Positions 19,624 through 29,534 of a stretch of 64,000 nt of DNA are shown here, piece by piece. Numbering within the stretch: the first letter of the stretch is position 1; each line of letters opens with the position of its first letter. The position numbers and the translations under genes were made by a program. Origin of the DNA: Candidatus Latescibacterota bacterium (GTDB lineage: Bacteria > Latescibacterota > UBA2968 > UBA8231); assembly GCA_965248265.1 (NCBI GenBank), contig CBDFJF010000001.1, forward strand, positions 1,472,001 to 1,536,000, given 5' to 3'. Under the pieces are notes generated by a model that did no database searches, had not been told where the DNA came from, and was given only the letters and a program-made list of their open reading frames with translations.

Positions 19624-20617
19624 GTGACGGCACATCCTCCGATCGCTCGACCGCACGACATCGAGTTCTTTGATCGCGAGCTGGCCTCGTTCGTGCCCGA
19701 TCAGGTATTCGACGCCCATGCCCACCTGTGGGCAGATGACAGCCTGCCGGCTCACCGCAAGCATCCGGCGCTGCCGCCGACCGTCGGCCTGCCCGAGTTT
19801 TCACGCATGCAGCAGGAATTGCACCCGGGCAAACGCGTTGCAGCCAATGTGTTCCATCGCATCACCGAGCCTCAGCATCTCGCCGAAGCCAACGCCTGGA
19901 CCGGCGAGCAGGTCAAGAGTGACCCCGACTACCGCGGGCTGTTCATCTGCATTCCCAAGCAGGATCCCGAATGGGTGCGACAGGAAGTGCGCCGCCTGAA
20001 TCTGACTGGCCTCAAGGTCTACCACGTCTATTCCGGTATAACCCCGACGTGGGACGCACAGATACCGGATTACCTTCCCGAGTCGTACATCCAGATAGCT
20101 CACGATGAGGGGTGGGTGGTGATGCTGCACATGGTGCGCGCGCGCCGCGGCCGATCCGAGCAACATCAAGTGGATCCGCCACTACTGTGAAACCTACCCG
20201 AAGATGAAACTGATCCTGGCCCACTCGGCACGCGGCTTTCAACCCAATCACAACCTCGAGGGCCTGCCGCAACTCACAGGTCTCGACAACCTCTACTTCG
20301 ACACCAGCGGCAATTGCGACCAGATGGCGCACCAGGCCATCATCCGCATCATCGGCCACGACAAGCTCATGTACGGCACCGACCTGCCGGTCAGCCACTT
20401 CCGCGGCCGCTCGGTGCCCGTCGCCGATACCTTTCTCTGGCTCTACGAGGATTCCCCGGTCTGGGGCGAGAAACACATGAAGATCGATCCCGTGCTCATC
20501 GGCCTCGAACATCTGCGCACGGTGAAGTGGGCCTGCTGGTCGGAGCGCCTCAACGACCGCCAGGTCGAAGACATCTTCTGGAACAACGCCGCCCGTCTGT
20601 TCGGGATTGGCACCTGA
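19624..20617 (+). pseudogene. Amidohydrolase (Amidohydro_2) split by a frameshift in a (GC)5 run
   Basis: FDAHAH, GLKVYH then ILAH, YFDTS, YGTD; adding one GC at 20136-20145 restores MVRARAAADPSNIKW into ORF 20204..20617. Confidence 0.8.
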
Positions 20618-20664
20618 ACGCTCGCAAGGGCTGCGCTCCGGCGCCCAAAACGGGCAACGCCCGC

Positions 20665-21444
20665 TTAGTCCCCGATGTACTCTTCCCCCTCAGGGTAGAG
20701 GTGCCGCATTCTGGGAATGTATTTCTTCAACCAGCGGTCGTTGGTATCATCACCACCGGGGTGATTCGCGCACATCCACACCGGTGCATCGATCCCGCTC
20801 TCGGCACACAGCTCCACTACCCGGATCACCAGCAGTTGCACGATGAGGACGGACGTCAAGGTCGATGCCACTCCCACAGCTTGTGAGGCCCCAGGCACGG
20901 TAACGACCTGCTCGTCGGCAGAGGTAAAGGTATCGATGGCGATGTCGACGACCTCGGCGAGGTTCTTGCGGCTCGGATGCCGTGCCGTGAAATCGTCAGG
21001 CGTACTATCGCCGAAGGCTGTGCTGGTGATGCCGATAACGGTGGCGGCGCGTTTCTTGGCTGCTAACGCCAGGTCGATCGTTGCCGCATTCATGCCATAG
21101 TAGTTGCATACGATAACGACATCGTTTGGCCTCACGTCATGGTAGGCCATGGTCGCCCCGCCCATGCCCGGAACCCTTTCCAGACACGGCTGGCCATCGA
21201 AAAGCCCCAGTCCGGGGCCGAATACAATGCTCACACCGGCCAGGCCGCCGGCGCGGTAGAACATTTCCATGGCCGGAATCTGCGAATGCCCTCCAGCGCC
21301 GGCCACGTGGATGATCGCATCCCCCTTGATGGCCTCGACGAGGGCGACGGCGGCTTCTTCAATCTGCCCGACACTCTCACGCGAAATGCGTCCAAACAGT
21401 CCGTCAACATGGTCGAGAAACTCGGTGCATCCTTTGCTGTTCAT
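20665..21444 (-). CDS. SIS-domain sugar isomerase family protein
   Basis: GGHS, EMFYRAGGL, VIGITS, RHPSRKNL. Confidence 0.88.
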   Translation of the reverse strand: MNSKGCTEFLDHVDGLFGRISRESVGQIEEAAVALVEAIKGDAIIHVAGAGGHSQIPAMEMFYRAGGLAGVSIVFGPGLGLFDGQPCLERVPGMGGATMAYHDVRPNDVVIVCNYYGMNAATIDLALAAKKRAATVIGITSTAFGDSTPDDFTARHPSRKNLAEVVDIAIDTFTSADEQVVTVPGASQAVGVASTLTSVLIVQLLVIRVVELCAESGIDAPVWMCANHPGGDDTNDRWLKKYIPRMRHLYPEGEEYIGD

Positions 21445-21482
21445 CGGTGGCCTCCGCTGTTGTTTGCTCTGCAGACCTGCTC

Positions 21483-22742
21483 TCAGAGTGTTGCCGGCAT
21501 CCGACGCCCCGGTGGAGAAAAGAAGAACCCGAGAGCCACTGTCGCCCCCAGCACTCCCACCGGCCAGTAGGGTCCGCCAAGATTGTGCGCCGTCACTGTG
21601 TCCACTGCCAGCCCCAGCACGGGTGCGACGATGACCGCCGCAGCGCGTTTGGCCTGGCTTTCGATAGAAAGCAGTGTTGCCCCCTGCTCTTCCTTGCCGT
21701 GAGCGTCAATGCGGGAAAGCTGCACCGGACGCCACAGGTTCTGGAAGGTGTCCAGCAGCACGAAGGCGAAAATCATGGCGATGGCCAGTTGATGGTATGC
21801 GGCGACGCTCAGGACCACGAACAGGAGGGCATTGACTCCCCATAGCAATCGCGCCGCTCGATCTTCATCCCCTGCCTTGGAGGCGATCAGGTGCGACTTG
21901 CGGCTGGCGAGTCCGGCGATCAGGTAGAGGACGAGATATACCGGACCGACGACGAGCGCCGTTTGCTGAATCTCGCTCAAGCTCCCCGTCGCCACCCAGT
22001 AACCGCCGGCCGCAATCGCCGCCGCTCTCAGCACCGGCTGCAGGTAATCCTTGATGATCTCGTAAATGCCCTGAAAGCCGACGGACTCGGCAACCAGCCT
22101 GCGCAAAGCCCGGCTCGAGAACACCTCTCGGAAGCTGGCTCCCAGGTGGCGCCGCATCTCGCCCAGCGAAGTCTCTCCTGAAACGGTGCCGTCCAATTCC
22201 TCCGGATACCCGAGGAAGTTGATGACACCGATGAGGTAGGGGATGACACTCAGGTAGAAGACGTAGAGGTAGCTTTCGCTCGCGTACACGATTACGGCCG
22301 CCAGGATCACGGAGGCGGCCGAGCCGTACTTGCTCCAGGAGCGGGTATAGCCGTATACCCGCGTGCGCTCATCCGTCCGGCCTTGCCGTCGCAACCACGT
22401 AAAGATCATGGCCTTGTGCGTACCCGAGCGGAAGGCCTCTCCGATAGCGAACAGAAGCATGGCCGCGAACAGCAATGACAGGTTCCCGGCGAGAGCGAAA
22501 ACGACGAAGCTGCCGATGTAGGCGCAGAATGAAATGATCATGGCTCGTCGTCGCCCCCACAGATCAGCGACGGCACCCGAGGGGATTTCGAACAGGTTGA
22601 TCGCCACCTCTCGGAAAGCGACCAGCAGGCCGATCTGGAAGAAGGTCAGGCCTTTTTCGAGAAAAACCAGAATCAGGAACGGTTCGAAGTAGCGCTGGTT
22701 CTTGAGCAGTCCGTACAGACTGAAACGGAAGACCATCGACAT
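21483..22742 (-). CDS. MFS transporter
   Basis: FEIPSGAVADLWGRR, AFRSGTHKA; multiple TM segments. Confidence 0.9.
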   Translation of the reverse strand: MSMVFRFSLYGLLKNQRYFEPFLILVFLEKGLTFFQIGLLVAFREVAINLFEIPSGAVADLWGRRRAMIISFCAYIGSFVVFALAGNLSLLFAAMLLFAIGEAFRSGTHKAMIFTWLRRQGRTDERTRVYGYTRSWSKYGSAASVILAAVIVYASESYLYVFYLSVIPYLIGVINFLGYPEELDGTVSGETSLGEMRRHLGASFREVFSSRALRRLVAESVGFQGIYEIIKDYLQPVLRAAAIAAGGYWVATGSLSEIQQTALVVGPVYLVLYLIAGLASRKSHLIASKAGDEDRAARLLWGVNALLFVVLSVAAYHQLAIAMIFAFVLLDTFQNLWRPVQLSRIDAHGKEEQGATLLSIESQAKRAAAVIVAPVLGLAVDTVTAHNLGGPYWPVGVLGATVALGFFFSPPGRRMPATL

Positions 22743-22750
22743 TCCCACCG

Positions 22751-23902
22751 TCACACCTTCCAGCGTTTCCCGCCCACGCGCTCCAGCGTCTTCCAGTTGA
22801 GCGTCGCACCCATTCCCGCTCCCCCCGGAAACCACAGGTGGCCACCTTCAACACGCTCGGCCGGCTCAACCAGCTCGGCTCGCCAGTCGTTCTCCCAGAC
22901 AGCGTGTTCGAGAGCGTATGCGTTGGGCGATGCGGCCTGGACGTGGGCGCTGGTCAGATTCGACAACGGCCCGAACGGACTGTGGCACGAGGTCCTGACT
23001 CCGCGTCGCGCTGCCCATTGGCCGGCTCTGGCAGCCACCCCGGCGCCACCGCAACGCATCACATCCTGCATGATGATGTCGACGCCACCGACCTCGACCA
23101 GCTCCTCAAACACCGCTTCTCCGTACTCGTCGCCGCCGGCGACCAACGGCAGTTCGACTGATGGACCCAGCTTCTTCAACCCCTCAGCCTTGGGGCGATA
23201 GTGCAACGGGTCTTCCAACCAGGCCACACCCAGCTCCTGCATCTTGCCGGCGACAACCGGCATTGAATCCAGCGAAAACCCGCCATGACAGTCTACCAGA
23301 ATCGAGACCTCAGGCCCGGCTGCATCGCCCATGGCCTTGAGCCGGTCAAGACCAGTCTGCGCCAGCGAGACGGCCTCATCAACGGGCAGACCGCGCCTGA
23401 CCTCGTCGAAGGGATCGACCTTCACGATCGTGAAACCTTCGCTGGCCGCACGTTCGGCAGCGGCTGCGAAATCCCGCGGCGTGCGCGCCCGTGCTACGTG
23501 GTTGAGGAAGCGGTTGACGTTGGCGTACAGCTGCTGGCTCTGCTGCGTTGCGCCGCCCAGCGCCGCCGTCATACTGAGGTCCTGGTACTGACACTGAAAC
23601 TCGATAACGGCAGTGCTCAGTGCGCTCAGTGGCCGGCTGTAGTCGGCGTTGGCGGCGGCCTGCTCGGTGGTGATTCCCAGCAGTTCCGCTACCTGACTGT
23701 CGCGCTCAATCGCGACCCCCCGGAGCTTGCCGAGAAACTGGTCGAAGATGGCAACGCGAGGGTCGTCGGGATTGCTGTTCTGGAATTCTACCACGACGTC
23801 CATCCCGTCCGTGTCCCGGATCATCGCGAACGACCAGCTCTTGACGCTGCTGGCCGGGACCCAGCCGAATTCCACGCTATCAAACTTGACCGGCTTCGTC
23901 AT
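22751..23902 (-). CDS. Mandelate racemase / enolase superfamily dehydratase
   Basis: YANVN, KVDPFD, VDCH, WLEDP, GDE, HSP.GP. Confidence 0.88.
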   Translation of the reverse strand: MTKPVKFDSVEFGWVPASSVKSWSFAMIRDTDGMDVVVEFQNSNPDDPRVAIFDQFLGKLRGVAIERDSQVAELLGITTEQAAANADYSRPLSALSTAVIEFQCQYQDLSMTAALGGATQQSQQLYANVNRFLNHVARARTPRDFAAAAERAASEGFTIVKVDPFDEVRRGLPVDEAVSLAQTGLDRLKAMGDAAGPEVSILVDCHGGFSLDSMPVVAGKMQELGVAWLEDPLHYRPKAEGLKKLGPSVELPLVAGGDEYGEAVFEELVEVGGVDIIMQDVMRCGGAGVAARAGQWAARRGVRTSCHSPFGPLSNLTSAHVQAASPNAYALEHAVWENDWRAELVEPAERVEGGHLWFPGGAGMGATLNWKTLERVGGKRWKV

Positions 23903-24672
23903 GGACAGCTGGTGACCGCGTCCTTGGCGCTCTGATTCTTCTGAGCAAGCGCCGCCTGCAGCACCCCCATCGGTTCGGCGATACAGAGGAAGTGGAAACC
24001 ATCAGCGACGAGTTTGGTTCCGTCCCCGATTCGCCACATGGTCTTGCCCGCTTTTTCACCTGCCTGGCGAATCCTCTCAACGGCTTCCTGCATGCGCCGA
24101 TGATCCATCTGGTTACCGACCCCCAGCTCCATCGACAGGTCATAGGGACCGATGGCGATGGCGGTCGTGATTTCATGAGCGGCGATAGCGTCAGCGCGGT
24201 CCAGCCCCTGTCGTGTTTCGATCTGCGGCAGCACGATGAAGTTATCTTCCACTTCCCGCTTGAAGCTGTCGTAGTCGAAATCCGGGACCCAGTAGTTGCC
24301 GGCTCCGCCTGGTCTTCGCCGGCCGCGTGGTGGCATGTAGATACTGTCGCGCACCTGGTCGAGTTCAGTCACCGACTCGACGGAGGGCAGTAAAAAACCG
24401 CAGGGGCCGCGGTCGATGCTCTGCCGGATCGTCGTATAGTCGCAGTCCGGCGGGCGCAGTAACACGGCGAAATCCGTCATGCGTCCGAGGGCACAGACAC
24501 TGGCCACCAGTTCGTCGCTGTGTGCCCCGTGTTCCCGATCGATGATCAGGTAGTCGAAGCCGGCGCGCTGGAGGTACTCGACCAGCGCGGGAAACAGATG
24601 GTCGGTCGCCAGTGCGCCTGTAGTGATCTCACCTCGTGCTACCTTGTCTTTGAGCTGTTTGGCCGCTTTCAT
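23899..24672 (-). CDS. HpcH/HpaI aldolase family protein
   Basis: IDREHG, PQIET, IGPYDLS. Confidence 0.92.
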   Translation of the reverse strand: MKAAKQLKDKVARGEITTGALATDHLFPALVEYLQRAGFDYLIIDREHGAHSDELVASVCALGRMTDFAVLLRPPDCDYTTIRQSIDRGPCGFLLPSVESVTELDQVRDSIYMPPRGRRRPGGAGNYWVPDFDYDSFKREVEDNFIVLPQIETRQGLDRADAIAAHEITTAIAIGPYDLSMELGVGNQMDHRRMQEAVERIRQAGEKAGKTMWRIGDGTKLVADGFHFLCIAEPMGVLQAALAQKNQSAKDAVTSCP

Positions 24673-24703
24673 TGGCCTTTTTCCTCATCAGTTTTAAGCG
24701 AAT

Positions 24704-24719
24704 CGTGATCTAAATCACA
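24704..24719. promoter_or_regulatory. CRP/FNR-type palindromic operator candidate
   Basis: CGTGA-TCTAAA-TCACA versus CRP consensus TGTGA-N6-TCACA, in a divergent intergenic region. Confidence 0.45.
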
Positions 24720-24857
24720 TCAAGTATGATATCAGCCTCTCGGGTTGTCGAGCAGTGTAAGAATCGCTAGGGATCTGGTCCCTCCGAGTCGATAAGTATC
24801 CTATACCCTTCCACCCAAGGGTGCAGGTCCGCACGAATACTACCCAACAGGAGACCC

Positions 24858-25295
24858 ATGATGAACTACCGCCTAAACTTCATAGCGTTAACGATGTGTG
24901 TAGGAATGCTGTCTCTTGGATGCAGCGACGACGACCCTGCTCCCACCGGACCGAGCGCCACGGCGCTGTCTGCCAGTGATCTGGGCTTCGACTGGACGGG
25001 CCGGGACGAAACGCTGAGCCTCGATTCCTCGACCGGACGCTTTCAGCATTCCAGCACCGCATTTGGTGTAATCGGCGGCGGCACCTGGACGATAGACGCT
25101 GACAGACTGACCCTGAATTATGAACAGGGTGACGACTTCCTGATAAGCGGCATGATAGTCCTCACCGCTTCTCTCAATGGCCAGGATCTCACGCTGATCC
25201 AGTTGTGCGATGAAATCAGTCTCGACGATGCGGACAGTCAACAAGCCAGTGTAGCCAACTGTGAGGCGAACCCGACGAATACCTGGACCAGGTAG
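24858..25295 (+). CDS. Lipoprotein with a lipocalin-like beta-barrel
   Basis: Lipobox LGC; GTWTIDADRLTL. Confidence 0.65.
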   Translation: MMNYRLNFIALTMCVGMLSLGCSDDDPAPTGPSATALSASDLGFDWTGRDETLSLDSSTGRFQHSSTAFGVIGGGTWTIDADRLTLNYEQGDDFLISGMIVLTASLNGQDLTLIQLCDEISLDDADSQQASVANCEANPTNTWTR

Positions 25296-25319
25296 CACAC
25301 GGCACGGGCAGGATCGCGC

Positions 25320-26489
25320 CTATCTGCCGCCGCGTACGTGCGCCAACGCCTCACCGATAAAGCCGAGTTCTTCTTCGCGAAGCAATCCGTAGTTGTAGAA
25401 GATTGCCCCCATGGCACCAGCCTTGGCGGCGGCGACAACACCTTCCGTCAACGGAGCGGCATCACTCTGGCCGCTCTTGTTGATGGAGGCCATGACACCG
25501 CCACCCGGAGCGATCTGCGCCTTCATGGCGTCTACCTCGTCGACGCTGGCCACGGCGCCGGCCAGAGCACGGTCGATGTGAACGTTGATGGCCGGGTCGA
25601 GATCGGCACGCAGCGCGCTGGATTCGGTGGCCAGCGGCGCGTGCAGCTTCGCTCCCGATTGATGTGTCATGTCAGCTACCTGGATCCATAAGTCCGTCGC
25701 GCTGCGGCGTTGGGCATCCAGGTATTGCTTCAGTCTTCCGTCAAATGCGCTCAACATCCAATCGTCATCAGCGGGCAACTCATCCTCAGCTGTGGCCCTG
25801 CGCGCCAGGCGCGGTCGCAACCAGTCGACGACCTCGTTGCGAAAAGCCTCGCCGTCCATGCCGGCATCATTGGCGATCTGAATCGATCCTGGATTGAAGC
25901 AGACCGCCAGCAGTGTCTGACACCGGGCGGTCATCTCGGCTCTGCGTTTGGGCGGCACCGCCATCCCCCGTCGCTCCAGTGACTCGATCAAGAGGATGCC
26001 GGGCTTGAAGCGGTCGAGGATCTCAGAAGTCAGCGCCAGCATGTATTCCTGCACATCCTTCGGACCCAGGCTCAGCCGCATCCGATGCGGCGTGCCAAAG
26101 GCGTCGTGGTTGGCGAACTCGGGATATTTCAGAGACAGATTGGCCTGGAAGGTGTAGACGACCCAGGTCCCCAGCTGCAGGCCATGCTTGCCGATGCCTT
26201 CAACGATGCGGTCGAACCATTCCGGATCAGTCACCTCCTTGCTCACATGTGGCTTCATCCGGGTGTTGTCGTAGCGCGAGAGGTCCGGAAAGAAATAGAT
26301 GGCGCCATCTTCGCCACAATAGACGGGACGCTTGGGATTGTGCGGCAGGAAGTAGGTTGACTGGTGATAGCATGGGGTCAGCATGACCTCCTCACATCCG
26401 GTCGTCGCGAAACGCTCCATGGCGACATCCATTCCCTCGTCGGCCAGATCCCACGGATAGGTGTACAACGAGCCGATGAACTCTGTCAT
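25320..26489 (-). CDS. Hypothetical TIM-barrel (glycoside-hydrolase-like) protein
   Basis: YTYPWDL, YH, C-terminal FYNYGL; GGAGGAG RBS. Confidence 0.6.
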   Translation of the reverse strand: MTEFIGSLYTYPWDLADEGMDVAMERFATTGCEEVMLTPCYHQSTYFLPHNPKRPVYCGEDGAIYFFPDLSRYDNTRMKPHVSKEVTDPEWFDRIVEGIGKHGLQLGTWVVYTFQANLSLKYPEFANHDAFGTPHRMRLSLGPKDVQEYMLALTSEILDRFKPGILLIESLERRGMAVPPKRRAEMTARCQTLLAVCFNPGSIQIANDAGMDGEAFRNEVVDWLRPRLARRATAEDELPADDDWMLSAFDGRLKQYLDAQRRSATDLWIQVADMTHQSGAKLHAPLATESSALRADLDPAINVHIDRALAGAVASVDEVDAMKAQIAPGGGVMASINKSGQSDAAPLTEGVVAAAKAGAMGAIFYNYGLLREEELGFIGEALAHVRGGR

Positions 26490-26504
26490 GTCGTTCTCCT
26501 CCAG

Positions 26505-26963
26505 TTATTCCATCGCCCTGTCGCGTCGCGACAGCCAGCCATCGATCGAATACCGTCCCGCCCCGGTGAGCACGAGGGTCAGAAAAGGCACCAGAAACAG
26601 CAGCGCAAACTCCTTCTTGCCGAAGGGATCGTCCCAATGCACGATGCCAACCGCCACCGCCATCGTGATAACGACGGGAATGGCGGCCATCCGAGTTCCA
26701 AGCCCTACCACTACCAGCGCGGAGCAGATAACTTCGGCGAAGATGGCCAGAGCCAGGCTGAGCGGACCACCGAGACCGATCGGATCCGCCCAGGTCTCGG
26801 ACCGCTCGCCGTAACTGAGCAGTTTGCCCCAGCCGTGCTGCGTCAGCATCAGCAAACCGACGACGACACGCAGCAGCAGCAATCCGATATCGCGCGTGCA
26901 GGCCTGTGGAGCGGTTGCAGCTTGCCAGACCCTGCACGGAAAGCTGGTTGTCGTTTCTTCCAT
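26505..26963 (-). CDS. DoxX family membrane protein
   Basis: LLLRV...HGWGKL, GLGTR.AA, GAGRYSID; the N-terminal part of the listed ORF is antisense to the neighbouring gene. Confidence 0.9.
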   Translation of the reverse strand: MEETTTSFPCRVWQAATAPQACTRDIGLLLLRVVVGLLMLTQHGWGKLLSYGERSETWADPIGLGGPLSLALAIFAEVICSALVVVGLGTRMAAIPVVITMAVAVGIVHWDDPFGKKEFALLFLVPFLTLVLTGAGRYSIDGWLSRRDRAME

Positions 26964-27143
26964 TATGTCACCTTTGTTTGTTTGTCGTAGATCGGTGCTA
27001 TGTAATCGGGAAAGATACCCCACAACGGACTTCAGGCCAGATATGTGGTCGGGACTGACTTCCGTGGGGGTTGTGCGGGCGAATTGAGTCTGATAGACTG
27101 ACTGTGGATTTGACCATGCAACCGACCACGGACAGGGAGCAAG

Positions 27144-28211
27144 ATGGCGAAGACCAGGAAAACAAAGAAACTGCGCATCGCCATCATCGGGGCAGGTGGC
27201 ATCGGCGGCACCCACATGCGCTATCTGGCTGACATGGCCGACGTTGAGATGGTTGCCGTGGCCGACCTCATCGAGGAGAGTGCGCAGCAACGCTGTCAGG
27301 AATTCGATATTCCGAAGGCGTTCACGGACTACAGGAAAATGCTGCGCCAGGTGGAGGCCGACGCCGTCAGCGTCTGCACCCCCAACGGTCAGCACGCCCC
27401 GTGCACGATCGCGGCCCTCAATGCCGGCGCCCATGTGATCGTTGAAAAACCGCTCGCCATGAGCGCGCGTGAAGGCAAAAGGATGCTCGACGCGGCCACA
27501 CGCAACGGTCGCGCTCTGATCATCGGCTTCCAGAACCGGTACGATGCCAGAGTCCAATTCATCAAGCGAGCCGTCGATGAAGGTCAGATGGGCCGCGTCG
27601 TTTTTGCCCGGGTGCAGGCCCTGCGCAGACGAGGGATCCCAAGCTGGGGCGTGTTCGGACGCAAAGACCTGCAAGGCGGTGGTCCCCTCATCGACATCGG
27701 CGTGCACGCCCTCGAGGCCGCCCACTACGCCATGGGATCACCGCAACCCGTCGCCGCGACAGGCAGCACTTACACCTACCTGGGCGACAAGCCGTCTTCG
27801 GTAATCTCCCAATGGCCCAATTGGGATTACAAGAACTACACCGTTGAAGACCTCGCCGTGGGCCAGATCCGCTTCGCCAATGGCGCCACCCTGCACATCG
27901 AATCGAGTTTTGCCGCCCATATCGAGAAAGGCCAGATGGGCTTCACGCTCATGGGAGAGAAAGGTGGAGCCAGCCTGGAGCCACCCTGCCTCTATCGCGA
28001 TTTCAACGATCACATGGTCAGCATCCGCCCCGATTGGTTGCCCAGCGGAACCGCTGCCAACCCCTTTGCCCTCAAGTTGCGCAATTTCGTCGATCACCTG
28101 CTCTACGATAAGCCCACCATGGCCCCGGGTGAGGACGGACTGATGGTGCAGAAGATGCTGGACGGGATCTACGCCTCGGCGGAAAAGGGCCGCGAAGTTA
28201 AGATTTCCTGA
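27144..28211 (+). CDS. Gfo/Idh/MocA family oxidoreductase
   Basis: IIGAGGIG, VEKP, GGGPLIDIGVH. Confidence 0.93.
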   Translation: MAKTRKTKKLRIAIIGAGGIGGTHMRYLADMADVEMVAVADLIEESAQQRCQEFDIPKAFTDYRKMLRQVEADAVSVCTPNGQHAPCTIAALNAGAHVIVEKPLAMSAREGKRMLDAATRNGRALIIGFQNRYDARVQFIKRAVDEGQMGRVVFARVQALRRRGIPSWGVFGRKDLQGGGPLIDIGVHALEAAHYAMGSPQPVAATGSTYTYLGDKPSSVISQWPNWDYKNYTVEDLAVGQIRFANGATLHIESSFAAHIEKGQMGFTLMGEKGGASLEPPCLYRDFNDHMVSIRPDWLPSGTAANPFALKLRNFVDHLLYDKPTMAPGEDGLMVQKMLDGIYASAEKGREVKIS

Positions 28212-28215
28212 GCGG

Positions 28216-29292
28216 TTACCTCGCCTCGCCACCTGGCCGTCCGCGCATGGTGCATCGGATGTGTTTGGCAAATCGCTTCTTGTTGGCCTTTTCCATCCTG
28301 CGACTCTGTGAATTCCGGTTGGCTCTAGCGTACTCGCGCTCCAGCTTTCGGTAGTTGACCAGTCGGTTCTGCTCCAACTCCCCCCGTTTGATCGCCGCCT
28401 GCACCTCACAACCCGGCTCCTTTTCGTGCTTGCAGTCATTGAAGCGACACTGATTGGCAAGCTCTTCCACATCCTGAAAACTTTCGCTGAGACCTTCATC
28501 ATCTCCCCACATCTGCAGCTCCCGCAGGCCCGGCGTGTCGATGAGAAGCCCTCCGGACTGCATGAAGATGAGCTCCCGATGCGTGGTCGTGTGCCGGCCC
28601 CGTCCGTCGATACTTCGTATGGCGCCCGTCTCCATCGCTTCAGCGCCGACAAGGCAATTGACCAGCGTCGACTTGCCCACTCCGGACGAACCGACGAATG
28701 CCGTCGTGGTGCCGGGTTCGAGATAGGACGTCAGGCACTCCACATCGCCCAGCTGTGCGCTGACCGCGTGCACGGGAACTCCCATGGCGATGCCCTCCAC
28801 CTCGGAAACGCGTTCCACCACTGTCCCACACAGGTCTGCTTTGTTCAACACGATGACTGGGCGTGCGCCACTGTCCCACGCCAGTGTCACATAGCGCTCC
28901 AACCGCCGCAGGTTGTAGTTGTCGTCCAGGCCGGTCACCAGAAAGAGGGTATCGACGTTGACGGCGATCAGCCGCTCCTTTTCGGCGGGTGTCTTGCTGG
29001 CGAACCCTCGCGCGAATTTGCTCCGTCGCGGCAGAACCGCCCGGATGATTGCCCTGTCGCCAGCTGCAGGCTCCACGGCCACCCAGTCACCAACCGTGGG
29101 AAAATCGCTCTTGGATATAGCGTCGTGTCTGAAGCGACCGGAAACGACGGCTCGTTGCTCCCCCACCTCAGAAAGGATCACGTACACTTCCCGATGCTCG
29201 AGGGCAACTCGAGCTGGCAACAGGCCTGGTTGTGCAAGGGATTCGAAGTTTTCTTGAAAGAACTGTGTCCAGCCCAATGAATCCAGATTCAT
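28216..29292 (-). CDS. rsgA: Ribosome small subunit-dependent GTPase A (long form)
   Basis: VGDWV OB fold, NKAD, GSSGVGKST, GRHTT, DTPG, C.F.DC.H..EPGC zinc finger. Confidence 0.95.
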   Translation of the reverse strand: MNLDSLGWTQFFQENFESLAQPGLLPARVALEHREVYVILSEVGEQRAVVSGRFRHDAISKSDFPTVGDWVAVEPAAGDRAIIRAVLPRRSKFARGFASKTPAEKERLIAVNVDTLFLVTGLDDNYNLRRLERYVTLAWDSGARPVIVLNKADLCGTVVERVSEVEGIAMGVPVHAVSAQLGDVECLTSYLEPGTTTAFVGSSGVGKSTLVNCLVGAEAMETGAIRSIDGRGRHTTTHRELIFMQSGGLLIDTPGLRELQMWGDDEGLSESFQDVEELANQCRFNDCKHEKEPGCEVQAAIKRGELEQNRLVNYRKLEREYARANRNSQSRRMEKANKKRFAKHIRCTMRGRPGGEAR

Positions 29293-29354
29293 GGTTGCGA
29301 CTCCGTTAGAACAGAATGAGGCTGCGGACGAACCCGTACCGCAGCCTAGTACAC

Positions 29355-29381
29355 AAAAAAGCCGTCCCACCGTGGACGGCT
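29355..29381 (-). terminator. Intrinsic terminator (attenuator) in the rsgA leader
   Basis: AGCCGTCC-ACGGTG-GGACGGCT followed by a T run on the minus strand, upstream of the rsgA start. Confidence 0.85.
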
Positions 29382-29409
29382 GATATCTGAATGATCGATT
29401 AGATAGTCG

Positions 29410-29484
29410 TCAGCAGTCTCCAGGACCAGGTACGAGCACGCGAGTGTCGTCGAAGTGTGTGATTGTCATGTCCCTAACCAACAT
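29410..29484 (-). CDS. Putative rsgA leader peptide MLVRDMTITHFDDTRVLVPGPGDC (24 aa)
   Basis: AAGGAGG RBS 6 nt before ATG; lies between a sigma70 promoter and the terminator. Confidence 0.7.
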   Translation of the reverse strand: MLVRDMTITHFDDTRVLVPGPGDC

Positions 29485-29534
29485 GGCTGCCTCCTTTTTG
29501 GTCCTTTCTCTCTGAGTGTGCGCGGTTTAAATCC

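Noticed and set aside
26964-27725. Apparent 406-aa DoxX fusion
   Set aside because: The extra region is antisense to the Gfo/Idh/MocA gene; DoxX starts at 26963
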